64,000 nt of DNA from Candidatus Cloacimonadales bacterium (GTDB lineage Bacteria; Cloacimonadota; Cloacimonadia; Cloacimonadales; JAFGVF01). The stretch is from the NCBI GenBank assembly GCA_963678315.1, contig OY782781.1, positions 736,001-800,000 of the forward strand. The letters are read 5' to 3'. Shown here one piece after another: positions 40,440-52,964 of this stretch. The first letter of the stretch is position 1; each line of letters starts with the position of its first letter. The notes under the pieces were generated by a model. It saw nothing but the letters and a program-made list of their open reading frames with translations, did not search any database and had not been told where the DNA came from. Made by a program: the position numbers and the translations under genes.

Positions 40440-40625
40440 ATTAAAAATAATAATGAAAAGTGAAAAATTAAGGACTGGGAACGCTAGGCCTCCGTGCCGC
40501 TTTAAATAAATAAATACAATAGAACACTGAAAACACGGATTAAACAGATAAGAAGATTAATTTATAATGCATAATTGACAATGGATAATTAAAGATTTCT
40601 TATTCGTTCTTTTCGTGGCTAAAAT
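40440..40625 (+). repeat. 7-mer tract, REP hairpin and orphan 9-bp-periodic arms
   Basis: CTGGGAACGCTAGGCCTCCGTGCC; TAGAACACTGAAAACACGGATTAAACAGAT; TTCGTTCTTTTCGTGGCT. Confidence 0.75.
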
Positions 40626-40643
40626 ATATTTAATAGGGGAATC

Positions 40644-40967
40644 ATGAAAGACAAAATAATCAACATTTTTAATAAACACTTAACCAACAGAAAGCATAAC
40701 TATGTAGATATGATTGAACAAGATTTAAGTTTATCTTACTTGTCTTTTACAGTCGATAAATCAGTAGATAAAATAACCTTTATTGTTGCAAGTAAATATT
40801 TGTTTATCATTGATTATATAAATTCTCCAGCAGAGACTTCCTTAGAGCGTAATAGTTATAATTTTAAAAATATTGCTAACTGTATAATTTATCTTATTTC
40901 TAAGAATGATCAAGGTATAAAATCAATAGAGTTTTCGAAAAATGAATTGAAAAGTATAAACAAATAA
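40644..40967 (+). CDS. Hypothetical protein
   Basis: 107-aa ORF with GGGGA RBS; no recognised motif. Confidence 0.55.
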   Translation: MKDKIINIFNKHLTNRKHNYVDMIEQDLSLSYLSFTVDKSVDKITFIVASKYLFIIDYINSPAETSLERNSYNFKNIANCIIYLISKNDQGIKSIEFSKNELKSINK

Positions 40968-40997
40968 ACGTTTAAACAAAAAAGTAAAAAAGAATTA

Positions 40998-41960
40998 ATG
41001 AACATTTTAATTACAGGTGTGGCCGGATTTATAGGCTCTCATTTAGCAGAGAACCTAATTAAAGATCATAAAATAATAGGTATAGACAATTTTTGTGACT
41101 ACTATAGTCCAGAAACTAAAAATAGTAATATTTCCAAATTAACAAGTTTAGATAATTTTAAACTGTATAAAATCGATATTAGGTCTATGAGTGAGGTTGA
41201 AAAATGCTTTGAAATAGAAAGTATTGATTTGGTTGTCCATTTAGCGGCAATGGCAGGTGTTAGACCTTCAATTGTTGATCCTGTTTTATATACAGAAGTC
41301 AATATCAATGGCACAGTTAATTTATTAGAAGCTTGTAAAAAAAACAACATAAAGAAGTTTATTTTTGCCTCATCATCAAGTGTTTACGGTAACAATAAAA
41401 CAGTTCCTTTCTCTGAAGATGATATTGTTGATTTTCCAATCTCTCCATATGCTTCAACCAAAAAGGCTGGGGAATTAATTTGTCACACATATCACCATTT
41501 AGAAGAAATGTCAATTGCTTGTCTTAGATTTTTTACTGTTTACGGTCCACGTCAAAGACCTGACCTAGCTATTCACAAATTTATGAATAAGATCATTAAT
41601 AATGAACCAATTCAAGTGTTTGGAGATGGAACTACCAAAAGAGATTATACCTACATTGATGATATTATTGATGGGATCTCTAAAACAATAAACTATGTAG
41701 GTAATAATGAGTTTGTGTATGATATATTTAATCTTGGTGAGTCTCAGACTATTTCATTATCAGAGATGATTGATACTATTGAAGAGGTAATAGGCAAGAA
41801 AGCAATAAAAGAGATTATGCCTATGCAAGCTGGGGATGTTGAACAAACCTATGCAAATATTTCCAAAAGTAAAAGATTGCTTGGATACAACCCATCAATG
41901 AATTTTGAAGAAGGAATTGAAAGATTCTATAATTGGTACAAAGAATTTTATAAGATATAA
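40998..41960 (+). CDS. NAD-dependent epimerase (UDP-glucuronate 4-epimerase-like)
   Basis: ITGVAGFIG, HLAAMAGVRPS, ASSSSVYG, YASTK, RFFTVYGPRQRPDLA. Confidence 0.88.
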   Translation: MNILITGVAGFIGSHLAENLIKDHKIIGIDNFCDYYSPETKNSNISKLTSLDNFKLYKIDIRSMSEVEKCFEIESIDLVVHLAAMAGVRPSIVDPVLYTEVNINGTVNLLEACKKNNIKKFIFASSSSVYGNNKTVPFSEDDIVDFPISPYASTKKAGELICHTYHHLEEMSIACLRFFTVYGPRQRPDLAIHKFMNKIINNEPIQVFGDGTTKRDYTYIDDIIDGISKTINYVGNNEFVYDIFNLGESQTISLSEMIDTIEEVIGKKAIKEIMPMQAGDVEQTYANISKSKRLLGYNPSMNFEEGIERFYNWYKEFYKI

Positions 41961-41969
41961 GGGAAATTA

Positions 41970-43058
41970 ATGAAGAAAGTACATTTAATAGTTGGGGCTA
42001 GACCCAACTTCATGAAGATGGCTCCTCTATATAAGGAGTTCAAGAAGTTTCCGCAAGATTTCGATGTTAAGTTGATTCATACAGGTCAGCATTATGATGA
42101 GCGTATGAGTAAGTTCTTTTTTATTGATTTAGAGATGCCAGAACCAGACATTTATTTAGGTGTTGGTTCAGGATCACATGGTGCTCAGACAGCTAAGATT
42201 TTAAGTTTATATGAAAAAGAGATTCTAGAGGATAGACCTGATTTAGTGATTGTAGCAGGTGATGTTAATTCTACAATTGCATGTGCAATGGCTGCTGTCA
42301 AATTACACATAGCTGTGGCCCATTTGGAGGCCGGTTTAAGATCTTTTGATAGAACAATGCCGGAAGAGATAAATAGACTGCTTACAGATGTTGTTTGTGA
42401 TTATTTACTTACTCCTTCTATTGATGGAAATCAACATTTATTAGCTGAAGGGATTGAAGAATCTAAGATTCATTTAGTTGGAAATATCATGATTGATTCT
42501 CTTGTTCAGTTCAAAGAAAAAGCAGAGACTTCTAACATCATGAATGAATTTTCATTGAAAAAGGATGATTTTTGTTTAATTACTTTGCATAGACCTTCTA
42601 ATGTTGATTCTTATGAAGGATTGAAGATAATCCTTGATGCTTTTAATGAAATTTCTAAAGACATTAAATTAGTTTTCCCAATTCATCCAAGAACTCAAAA
42701 AAACATCGATAAGTTTGATTTAAGAGAATATGTTGATAGTATGGAGAACCTTATTCTTATTCCACCTGCAGGCTATTTAGACTTCATGAAGCTACAAATG
42801 AATGCTAAATTCTTATTAACTGATTCAGGTGGCTTACAAGAAGAATCTACTTTCTTTGGTATTCCATGTTTAACTCTCAGAGAGAATACAGAACGTCCAA
42901 TAACTATCACTCAAGGCACTAACAAACTTGTAGAACTTAATACTGATATAATCATTAAAGAGAGTAAAGAGATTCTGTCCGGTAATGCCAAAAGAGGGAA
43001 TATTCCAGATAAATGGGATGGTAAAACAGCTCAAAGAATTGTAGAGCTTTTCAGATAA
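41970..43058 (+). CDS. wecB: UDP-N-acetylglucosamine 2-epimerase (non-hydrolysing)
   Basis: GARPNFMK, HTGQHYD, GDVNST, HLEAGLRS, TDSGGLQEE, RENTERP. Confidence 0.92.
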   Translation: MKKVHLIVGARPNFMKMAPLYKEFKKFPQDFDVKLIHTGQHYDERMSKFFFIDLEMPEPDIYLGVGSGSHGAQTAKILSLYEKEILEDRPDLVIVAGDVNSTIACAMAAVKLHIAVAHLEAGLRSFDRTMPEEINRLLTDVVCDYLLTPSIDGNQHLLAEGIEESKIHLVGNIMIDSLVQFKEKAETSNIMNEFSLKKDDFCLITLHRPSNVDSYEGLKIILDAFNEISKDIKLVFPIHPRTQKNIDKFDLREYVDSMENLILIPPAGYLDFMKLQMNAKFLLTDSGGLQEESTFFGIPCLTLRENTERPITITQGTNKLVELNTDIIIKESKEILSGNAKRGNIPDKWDGKTAQRIVELFR

Positions 43059-43417
43059 TGAACAAAAAATACTATAGAATAGCACTGCTTTTATATTTTA
43101 TTGCAATTTCAGTGCTATCACTCAATAAATTTAATTCAAACAAATCATTGAATAATATAACAGTAGTTTCCATTCGTGGAGACTACTTTTTTCATTTCTT
43201 AGCATATATTCCAATGTTTATATTAGGAAAGCTATCCTTTGATATTAAGGGTTGGATTTTACTAATAATTTCTCTACTCATATCCTCTAGTTTGGAGATT
43301 ATACAATACTATGTTCCTTATCGAGCATTTAATATTAATGATTTATTAGCAAATTGCATTGGTGTTCTAATTGGATTTGTTTGCTGTATTACTGTGACTA
43401 AAATCATCAGTAAATAG
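43058..43417 (+). CDS. VanZ family membrane protein
   Basis: D..FHFLAY, EIIQYYVPYR...DLLAN.IG. Confidence 0.85.
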   Translation: MNKKYYRIALLLYFIAISVLSLNKFNSNKSLNNITVVSIRGDYFFHFLAYIPMFILGKLSFDIKGWILLIISLLISSSLEIIQYYVPYRAFNINDLLANCIGVLIGFVCCITVTKIISK

Positions 43418-43434
43418 TTAAAAAACAATTATTT

Positions 43435-43475
43435 AAAAAGACGTTTCTTACTTATGTAAGTGACGTCTTTTTTTT
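43435..43475 (+). terminator. Intrinsic terminator closing the polysaccharide locus
   Basis: AAAAAGACGT...ACGTCTTTTTTTT stem with U-tract. Confidence 0.75.
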
Positions 43476-43584
43476 ATTTGCCACTAGTTAAATATTGCGA
43501 CTTGTTCAATAATATAGTCGAAATATATCTTGACATAATTTTTCTTTAAAGCATTTTCAAGTTATTACACGGTAAGGGGATTTT

Positions 43585-44868
43585 ATGAAGAGGTCTGTAG
43601 GTTTAATATTGTTATTAGTTTTTTTTACTTTTAGTTTATTAGCAGAAGTACTTAGTTTTCCCGATAACACATCAGGTTATACTTTAAAAAATAATATCGG
43701 ACTTGAGCCTAGAATTGATTATCGATACAATCTTAGCAAATGTTTGCTAAACTCAGACCAACTTGAAGAACTTACTGGTAGTAAAATCACAAATATCCGA
43801 ATGTATACAGCCTTCTACGGTGAGGTTTTTGATTCTATTGAAGTTAACGTAAAACTTTATATAAAGGTCCTTGATTCTGATTATTCTGAGCTAACCACAT
43901 CTTCAGATTTTAACCCAACAGCTGATGATATATATTTAGATCATGACTATTCTTTTAACTCTATTGATGATTATGTGCCATTTTGGGATTTCCAATTAGA
44001 TAGACCTTTTGAATATATAGATAATCAGGATCTTGTTCTTTGTTATATAACTGAGTATATTGGTGATAGTTCAATCTGTAAAAACATAAATCTTACTCGA
44101 ATGGATCAATATTACTATAAAACAAATACTGAATTTACAACATCATTATGCTATTGTAGTGATTCTTCATGTTATAATATTGATAGTTTAAAAACTCAAA
44201 GATATGTTAAAGATTATCTTCCAAAAATGGATTTTACATACAGTCAGCTAAGTCTGCCTGTCGAGATGTCTTCTTATAATGCTAATGTTATAGAAAATAA
44301 TCAAGTTAAAATTGAATGGCACACTGAATCTGAAACAAATACTTCTGGCTATTATATCTATCATAATGACAGAGATGAACTATCTAGTGCAGAGAAAATA
44401 CCATGCTTTATTCATGCAAAGAACTCTGAACAGGGTAATGATTACCTATTTGTAGATAATGAAGTTTCTGGATGTCTAACTCGGTTCTACTGGATAGAAA
44501 GTTCAGATTTAACTGGAGAAAGCGAATTCTTTGGTCCTATGTATGTGGAGATTAACAATGCAAATGATAATTCACCTTCTTATCAATATGATGATGGAAT
44601 AAAATCCATTTATCCAAATCCTTTCAATAATTCTACAAGAATTGCTCTGCAAAATAAAAGTGCTAGTAAATCTACGCTTAGTATTTACAATATTAAAGGT
44701 CAACTTGTAAGAAGTTTCCAAGATATTGATTTTAAGAAAGATGGCTCTTGTTCTTGCTTGTGGAATGGACATGATAGCCAAGGAAAGAAAGTCTCTTCAG
44801 GTGTATATTGGGCTAAAGCCAGTATTAATGGTAAAAGTTATCAGAAGAAAATTCTTTTACTTAAATAA
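43585..44868 (+). CDS. Secreted protein with LPVE motif and C-terminal FlgD-Ig/T9SS type A sorting-like domain
   Basis: Signal peptide; LPVEMSS; IYPNPFN..IYNIKGQLV..WNG.D..G..VSSGVY..KKILLLK. Confidence 0.82.
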   Translation: MKRSVGLILLLVFFTFSLLAEVLSFPDNTSGYTLKNNIGLEPRIDYRYNLSKCLLNSDQLEELTGSKITNIRMYTAFYGEVFDSIEVNVKLYIKVLDSDYSELTTSSDFNPTADDIYLDHDYSFNSIDDYVPFWDFQLDRPFEYIDNQDLVLCYITEYIGDSSICKNINLTRMDQYYYKTNTEFTTSLCYCSDSSCYNIDSLKTQRYVKDYLPKMDFTYSQLSLPVEMSSYNANVIENNQVKIEWHTESETNTSGYYIYHNDRDELSSAEKIPCFIHAKNSEQGNDYLFVDNEVSGCLTRFYWIESSDLTGESEFFGPMYVEINNANDNSPSYQYDDGIKSIYPNPFNNSTRIALQNKSASKSTLSIYNIKGQLVRSFQDIDFKKDGSCSCLWNGHDSQGKKVSSGVYWAKASINGKSYQKKILLLK

Positions 44869-44954
44869 TTTTATGGAAGTATTAATTCTGCATATCAATA
44901 ATAATGGCCACGATTCAAATCATGGGTTCAGAGAAGATATATCCTTTCAGGACA

Positions 44955-45360
44955 GTGCAAGAAAGACGTTTTTCCAAAGGTCTCTACAAATTCACTTATA
45001 ACTTCGTTCTAAGTGAAGCCAGCGCGGAGGCTGGCGATCCCAGTGTTTAGCCGGCTAGCAGCCGAGCGTTCCCAGTGTTTAGCCAGCTATCCGGCAGCAG
45101 CCGGACTAAAGGCAAAGCGTTCCCAGTAACTCACTTCTAACTCCTAACACCATTACCCCTTCCTTACTGGTCACCTTGAAAAAATACCATTTTTTCAAGG
45201 AGGCTATTTGGCAAGCAGTATGTAAGAATAGATTAACCCCTTATTTTACAATATATACATGGCTGAAAAATAATTTACCTCCACGATTGAAATCATGGGC
45301 TCTGAGAAGATATGTCCCAAGGCACATAAGAATAGTTATACCCTGTAAGGTTAAATCAAT
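44955..45360. repeat. REP-like palindrome mosaic
   Basis: Three minus-strand CTGGGA(A/T)CGC units at 45017-45127; TTGAAAAA..TTTTTCAA hairpin; CCACGATTGAAATCATGG. Confidence 0.78.
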
Positions 45361-45500
45361 AAAAAGCCCCTAGTTTTAACAATGGGAGGTAAGATAAAAA
45401 TCCCTGCATATTATTTTCTTTCATTCTTAATCATAAAAAAACTTTACATAAAAATCAAGCTAATTCATATATGTAAAAAAGAATAATGAATTGGTGGAAT

Positions 45501-46559
45501 ATGTCTAAAAGAAAAGATAAGACAGTTATAAAAAGTACGGGTCGCAATCTTCAAAACGTAGATATTACAGATTTAGATGATTTCTATGATGTCGATTACG
45601 GTCAAGAGAAGAAGGCTTTGAGGCGTGGACAAAACAGGAATAAAAAGACTCTGAAGAGAGATTTGGATCTAGCAGATGGTTTAGTTCTTGAAATAATGTC
45701 CAACAACTTCTTTAAAATTTCCTCTAATGGTGAAGTTTTTACTGCCATAATGGGGGGGAGACTAAAGCAATTTATGTTTAATCAAAGAAGGGTTTTAGCT
45801 GTCGGTGATAAGGTAAAGATTGACCTTTCAAATGGGACTCCTTACAGAATTGAGGAGTTACTTAAAAGAAAGAATCGCTTGGTTCGCTATACAGAAGGTG
45901 GCTTTCAGAAAGAAACACTGATTGCCAGTAATATGGATTGTGCTGTTGTAACTGTTTCATGTTTAAAGCCAATGTTGAAATTAGGTTTAATTGATAGGTT
46001 CATTATTCAAGCAGAATATGATAATATTGAACCTGTGATAGTCATAAATAAAACAGATTTAGTTGAAGATTTAGGACCATATATCGAAAAGCTTGCTTAC
46101 TATCGAGAAAGTGGTTATCAAGTATTCTTTGTGTCAACAGTCACTGGCTTAGGAATGGAAGAATTGAAAGATTATTTGCAAGATAAAGTATCTGTCTTTT
46201 CTGGACAATCTGGTGTGGGGAAGTCTTCTATTATAAACGTCTTGATGCCAGGTCTTGATTTAGCTGTCAGTGAAATCAGTGATTATAACGAGAAGGGCCG
46301 TCACACAACAACAAGTTCAAGACTTGTAGAGTGGGATTTTGGGGGTTACTTAGTTGATACACCTGGAATAAAAACGCTTTCTTTGAAGCGGGATAACAAA
46401 GAAATTGTATACAAGTATTTTCCTGGATTTAGTAGATTTAATTGCTATTTCAACAACTGCACTCATACTCATGAAGACCATTGTGGCGTCAAAGAGGCAG
46501 TTGAAAATGGAATCATTCCATTAAAGATTTATGAGTCTTATTTAAGGATTATTGAATGA
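45501..46559 (+). CDS. rsgA: Ribosome small subunit-dependent GTPase A
   Basis: AVGD.V, NKTDL, GQSGVGKSS, GRHTT, DTPG, C.F.NC.H..E..C zinc finger. Confidence 0.93.
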   Translation: MSKRKDKTVIKSTGRNLQNVDITDLDDFYDVDYGQEKKALRRGQNRNKKTLKRDLDLADGLVLEIMSNNFFKISSNGEVFTAIMGGRLKQFMFNQRRVLAVGDKVKIDLSNGTPYRIEELLKRKNRLVRYTEGGFQKETLIASNMDCAVVTVSCLKPMLKLGLIDRFIIQAEYDNIEPVIVINKTDLVEDLGPYIEKLAYYRESGYQVFFVSTVTGLGMEELKDYLQDKVSVFSGQSGVGKSSIINVLMPGLDLAVSEISDYNEKGRHTTTSSRLVEWDFGGYLVDTPGIKTLSLKRDNKEIVYKYFPGFSRFNCYFNNCTHTHEDHCGVKEAVENGIIPLKIYESYLRIIE

Positions 46560-47410
46560 ACAAGTTTGGTATCTTCGTACATCCAGAATACTTTCAACAA
46601 ACTAATTTGTTAGAGATTATATCTCATTTACATATCAACTACAATATCATATTCTTTGCCTTTGATGAGCAGGCTGAACTATTCCCAGAGTTTGTTAAGA
46701 AGTATGTTGCCAAAGAAAAAACTAAGCTCAATTGTATCTTAGTTTTTGGTGGCGATGGAACTATTCTAAGAGCAAAGAAATATGCTTTATCTACAGAATC
46801 TCCTCTTTTGGGCATCAATATCGGAAAGCTGGGTTTTCTTTCTGAAACTAGACCAAAACTTCTGGAAAAGTCTGTTAAATATCTTATTGAGAACAAGTAC
46901 AAAGTTCAAGAAAGAATGCTTTTAAATGTTCGAGTTATAAGGGACGGAGAAGAAGTTTATAGTGGTCTAGCATTGAATGATGCAGTTCTGTTTCGAGCTT
47001 ATACTCCTAAGATGATAGAAGTGAAGATTAAGACAAATGATAGATTGATTTATACAACAAGATGTGATGGTTTAGTTGCTTCAACTCCTACTGGTTCAAC
47101 AGCTTATTTCTTATCTGGTGGAGGTCCAATACTGGACCCATTAATGGAAGCAATTGGATTCTGTGTGCTAAGTCCTCATATACTATCAATCAGACCAATT
47201 GTTTTTTCTGCAAAGGATCAATTAAGTTTTGAAGTCTTATCATGTGACAATCATCCACAATTACAAGTTGATGGGGTGAATGAAGTTTCTTTGAATGAGG
47301 GAGATATAATAAAAGTCAGATCTTCTAAAGAAAAAGTTAAATTTATTAAATTGACTAACAAGACTTTCTATCAAATCATGCGAAAAAAAATGCACATGGG
47401 TAGAATATGA
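46556..47410 (+). CDS. nadK: NAD(+) kinase
   Basis: GGDGT, GKLGFL, LND, DG...STPTGSTAY..SGGGP. Confidence 0.93.
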   Translation: MNKFGIFVHPEYFQQTNLLEIISHLHINYNIIFFAFDEQAELFPEFVKKYVAKEKTKLNCILVFGGDGTILRAKKYALSTESPLLGINIGKLGFLSETRPKLLEKSVKYLIENKYKVQERMLLNVRVIRDGEEVYSGLALNDAVLFRAYTPKMIEVKIKTNDRLIYTTRCDGLVASTPTGSTAYFLSGGGPILDPLMEAIGFCVLSPHILSIRPIVFSAKDQLSFEVLSCDNHPQLQVDGVNEVSLNEGDIIKVRSSKEKVKFIKLTNKTFYQIMRKKMHMGRI

Positions 47411-49107
47411 TAAACAAGATTAAATTTAGAAATTTTGTATTAATCAAAGAGCTTGAATTAGAGTTTTATCCTAAAATGAATGTAATTTCAGGGGAAACTG
47501 GTGCTGGTAAATCAGTTCTTGTGGGAGGATTAAATCTAGTTCTAGGTGGCACAGCTCGTGGTTCTTTTGTCTATAACAAGAGTGAAAATGTATATCTTGA
47601 GGCTAGCTTTAGTATTGATGAGAAAAACGAAGAGCTGAATGATTTAATTAGACAACATGAGATTGATGCTAGTGATAAAGACTTGTTTTTTGTTAGAGAA
47701 ATCAACACTAATGGGAAATCTGCGAGCTATATAAATGGTAGGAGAGTAACTAATTCAATTATTAAAGAGTTTAGAAATCATCTACTGGATTTTCATTCAC
47801 AAAATGAACAGCTAAATCTCTTCAATAACGATTATCAGCTTTATATTCTTGATGCCTATGCTAATTTAGAAGCGTTGAGAAGTAAATATTCGGATAAGTA
47901 TCTGGAATACCAAACTCAAAAGAAATTGCTAACAAGTCTAGTAAGACGGCAAGGTCAGAATGAGGATAAAGCAAGATTGTATGAATATCAAGTTGAAGAA
48001 ATTGATGCATTACAACTTCAACTTGGAGAAGACGAAGAGCTAGCTCAACAATATAATGTTCTCAGCAATGCCGAAGATATTGTCAATATCTCCAATGAGA
48101 TTGTTCTTGAACTGTATGAGGGTGAAAATGCTGTGGTTGATAGACTAAATTCAGCCATTAATAGATTATCCGAGTATAGGAATAGTGTGGCAGTTATTAA
48201 TGAAGCTTTAGACTTTATTCATGATGGTAAGAATCTTCTAGAAGATGGTATTTCTTCTTTAAGAGCAGTAGAGGATACGGTTTCTGTTGATAAAGAAAAG
48301 TTAAGTGCAGTAGAGGATAGAATCAGGGTCATTGAAGAGATTAAAACTAAATATAGAATGAATAGCATAGAGTTAATTCTTGATTATTACCATGATATTA
48401 ATGAGTTTCTGCTTAATCAAGGTTCTTTAACTAATGAAATAAAAGAAGCTCAGGAAAAGTTAAGCAAGATTGAAAAAGATTTATATGAACTTGCCGAGAA
48501 GTTATCTAAGAAACGTCAGAAAAGCGCTGAAAGATTTGAAAAAGAAATCAAAGATAATATACGCAAGCTGGCTATTCCCAATGGGGAAGTAGAGTTTCGA
48601 TTCTCACAAGTAAAAGATTCTTCTCCTCTCAGTAACCTTAATATTCATGGAAAAGATGAAGTTAATATCTTCTTCTCAGCCAATTTAGGAATGGAGCTTC
48701 AGCCTATAAAAGAGTCTGCATCAGGAGGAGAGCTTTCAAGAATGCTCTTATCGCTAAAGAAGATTCTTGCTGACAAACTTCAACATAAGGTTATGGTCTT
48801 TGATGAAATTGATGTAGGTATTGGTGGAAATACTGCACTATCAATAGCAGAATTCATAGCAGAAATATCTAATAAACATCAGATTCTTTGTATAACACAC
48901 TTACCACAGGTTGCAGCTATTGCAGATAACCAATTTAAAATTGATAAAAAAGATATAAATAATAAGACTGAGATAGTGATTAATAAACTCAGCAAATGTG
49001 AAAGAGAAGAAGAAATAGCAAGAATGCTTTCAGGCTTTAATAGTGATACAGCCTTAAAGCATGCTAAAGAGCTTTTGATAAAGTCAAATATCCATCACAA
49101 CAAATAA
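47407..49107 (+). CDS. recN: DNA repair protein RecN
   Basis: GETGAGKS, coiled coil, ASGGELSR, FDEIDVG, ITHLPQVA, EIARML. Confidence 0.95.
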   Translation: MINKIKFRNFVLIKELELEFYPKMNVISGETGAGKSVLVGGLNLVLGGTARGSFVYNKSENVYLEASFSIDEKNEELNDLIRQHEIDASDKDLFFVREINTNGKSASYINGRRVTNSIIKEFRNHLLDFHSQNEQLNLFNNDYQLYILDAYANLEALRSKYSDKYLEYQTQKKLLTSLVRRQGQNEDKARLYEYQVEEIDALQLQLGEDEELAQQYNVLSNAEDIVNISNEIVLELYEGENAVVDRLNSAINRLSEYRNSVAVINEALDFIHDGKNLLEDGISSLRAVEDTVSVDKEKLSAVEDRIRVIEEIKTKYRMNSIELILDYYHDINEFLLNQGSLTNEIKEAQEKLSKIEKDLYELAEKLSKKRQKSAERFEKEIKDNIRKLAIPNGEVEFRFSQVKDSSPLSNLNIHGKDEVNIFFSANLGMELQPIKESASGGELSRMLLSLKKILADKLQHKVMVFDEIDVGIGGNTALSIAEFIAEISNKHQILCITHLPQVAAIADNQFKIDKKDINNKTEIVINKLSKCEREEEIARMLSGFNSDTALKHAKELLIKSNIHHNK

Positions 49108-49239
49108 AACATCACATACCATTTACAATAGTTATAGTTAATTTACTTGACTGTTAAAAGAAATTTTCATAAAAACTATTGACAAAAAAGTGGCTTAAGT
49201 GTTATTTTTAATATATATGCTTTGCACTAAGGAGTAAAA

Positions 49240-50145
49240 GTGATAAGAAGATCAAAAACTACAAGAATAATTGTTTGGTTTATAGTGTTAATGTCTATCG
49301 GTTGGGCATTTTACAGAGTTGGTTCACCATTTGCAAAAACCACTGTTAAAGGTGCTACTGAAGTTAAGAATATTCAAAATATATTGTATTCTTGGGATTT
49401 AGCCAAGAAGTCAAATTATAACACAAAATACGAAATTGTTATTAAAATTAACCCTGAAGAAATCACCACAGATTCATTATCCTTCTTATTAGATTATGTA
49501 AGAAGTTATAATGGTGTTAAACTAAATTCTGGTTCGGAATATCTTTTACGTATTCCAACAGAAGAATCAGATAAATTCTATAAGAGAATTGAGAAGTTAG
49601 GTGATGTTACCAGCTACAGTATTGATAGTTCAACATCATTAGGTACTAAAACAATAAAATACTATACTGATAGTCTTAGTACTCTAAATAACCAGAAGCT
49701 TGCTTTGAAAAAGGCAAAGAAAGAGAATAAGAACATAAAAGGTTACGATGATGATATCGCAGAAGTTGATAGAAAGATTGGACGTATTCAAAAACTTAAA
49801 GATTCTTTAGGAAATCAGAACTATGACCTTTATCTCGTGTCTTTCTATCAAAAGGTCTTCAAAGGTTTTGGTAAGTCATATATCATAACTTATTTACGTG
49901 AATTCGTTATTGGTCTAGGTGTTTTAGCTCTTGCTATCCCATTAATATTCTTAGGATTCAGATTAATATTTAAGTTAGTTGGCTATATTAACGTGAATTC
50001 AGGTGGATCATATGGTGGTTATTATTCTAAGGGTTATAAGTATGGTTCTTATGGTTCCGGATATGGATCTTATGGAAGAAAGCGAAAGGTAAAACGAATA
50101 TATAAAGATAATGATGGAAAGAGAAAAGAAGAAGATAGTAAATAG
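49240..50145 (+). CDS. Membrane protein (DUF4349-like, tentative) with a Gly/Tyr-rich C-terminal tail
   Basis: N-terminal TM, LRIP..coiled coil, C-terminal TM, GGSYGGYYSKGYKYGSYGSGYGSYG; TAAGGAG RBS before GTG. Confidence 0.65.
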   Translation: MIRRSKTTRIIVWFIVLMSIGWAFYRVGSPFAKTTVKGATEVKNIQNILYSWDLAKKSNYNTKYEIVIKINPEEITTDSLSFLLDYVRSYNGVKLNSGSEYLLRIPTEESDKFYKRIEKLGDVTSYSIDSSTSLGTKTIKYYTDSLSTLNNQKLALKKAKKENKNIKGYDDDIAEVDRKIGRIQKLKDSLGNQNYDLYLVSFYQKVFKGFGKSYIITYLREFVIGLGVLALAIPLIFLGFRLIFKLVGYINVNSGGSYGGYYSKGYKYGSYGSGYGSYGRKRKVKRIYKDNDGKRKEEDSK

Positions 50146-50157
50146 ATAAACTTTAAT

Positions 50158-50181
50158 AGCCGGCAATAGTCGGCTTTTTTT
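50158..50181 (+). terminator. Possible intrinsic terminator
   Basis: AGCCGGC-AATA-GTCGGCT followed by a T-run. Confidence 0.6.
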
Positions 50182-50196
50182 GTATTTGGAGGAAAT

Positions 50197-50628
50197 ATGT
50201 CATTTGAAGCGTGGTTAGTGTGGCTAATAATTGGTGTAGCTTGTATAATCATAGAAATATTTGATCCTGCTGTATTTTTTATAAGCTTAGGGATTGGTGC
50301 TCTTGTGGCGAGCATAGCATCAACACTAGGAATACCTGTATGGGCTCAAGTATTAATATTCGGTATTATAAGTTTCATAGTATTCTTATTTATGAGAAAG
50401 CTCTATGAAAGACTAATTGACAAAAACGCTAAAGAAACGAATGTCTTTGCTCTTATCGGACAATCAGGAACAGTCACAAGCGATATTCCTGAGGATGGTC
50501 GGGGCTATGTTAAAATAGGTGGAGAAGAGTGGTCAGCCATGTCTGAAAACAAGCAAGCTATAGTTAAAGGTAGCAAGATAGAAGTTCTTTCAATAGAAGG
50601 AAACAAAGTAATAGTAAAAAGCAAATAA
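50197..50628 (+). CDS. NfeD family protein
   Basis: N-terminal TMs; LIG..G.V, G.VKIGGEEWSA; upstream of an SPFH gene. Confidence 0.88.
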   Translation: MSFEAWLVWLIIGVACIIIEIFDPAVFFISLGIGALVASIASTLGIPVWAQVLIFGIISFIVFLFMRKLYERLIDKNAKETNVFALIGQSGTVTSDIPEDGRGYVKIGGEEWSAMSENKQAIVKGSKIEVLSIEGNKVIVKSK

Positions 50629-50639
50629 AAGGAGTATTT

Positions 50640-52909
<2,270 letters not shown>

Positions 52910-52933
52910 GTTTTAATTCAATATAAATCAACT

Positions 52934-52963
52934 AAGAGACGTGCTTGTCACGTCTCTTTTTTT
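52934..52963 (+). terminator. Intrinsic terminator after eno
   Basis: AAGAGACGTG-loop-CACGTCTCTTTTTTT. Confidence 0.85.
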
Positions 52964-52964
52964 G

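Larger units (their letters stand above)
7593..43417 (+). other. Surface polysaccharide (O-antigen/capsule) biosynthesis locus, Wzx/Wzy type
   Basis: About 30 co-oriented genes for nucleotide-sugar synthesis, glycosyltransferases, flippase, polymerase and priming transferase. Confidence 0.88.

Noticed and set aside
25708..43058. Two UDP-sugar 2-epimerases as a recent duplication or assembly artefact
   Set aside because: They carry different subfamily motifs (GTRPEIIR versus GARPNFMK); the first fits the WbjB-C-D pathway
44572..45373. Small ORFs 44572-44781, 44726-45001 and 45176-45373
   Set aside because: They overlap a real gene or lie in a repeat mosaic
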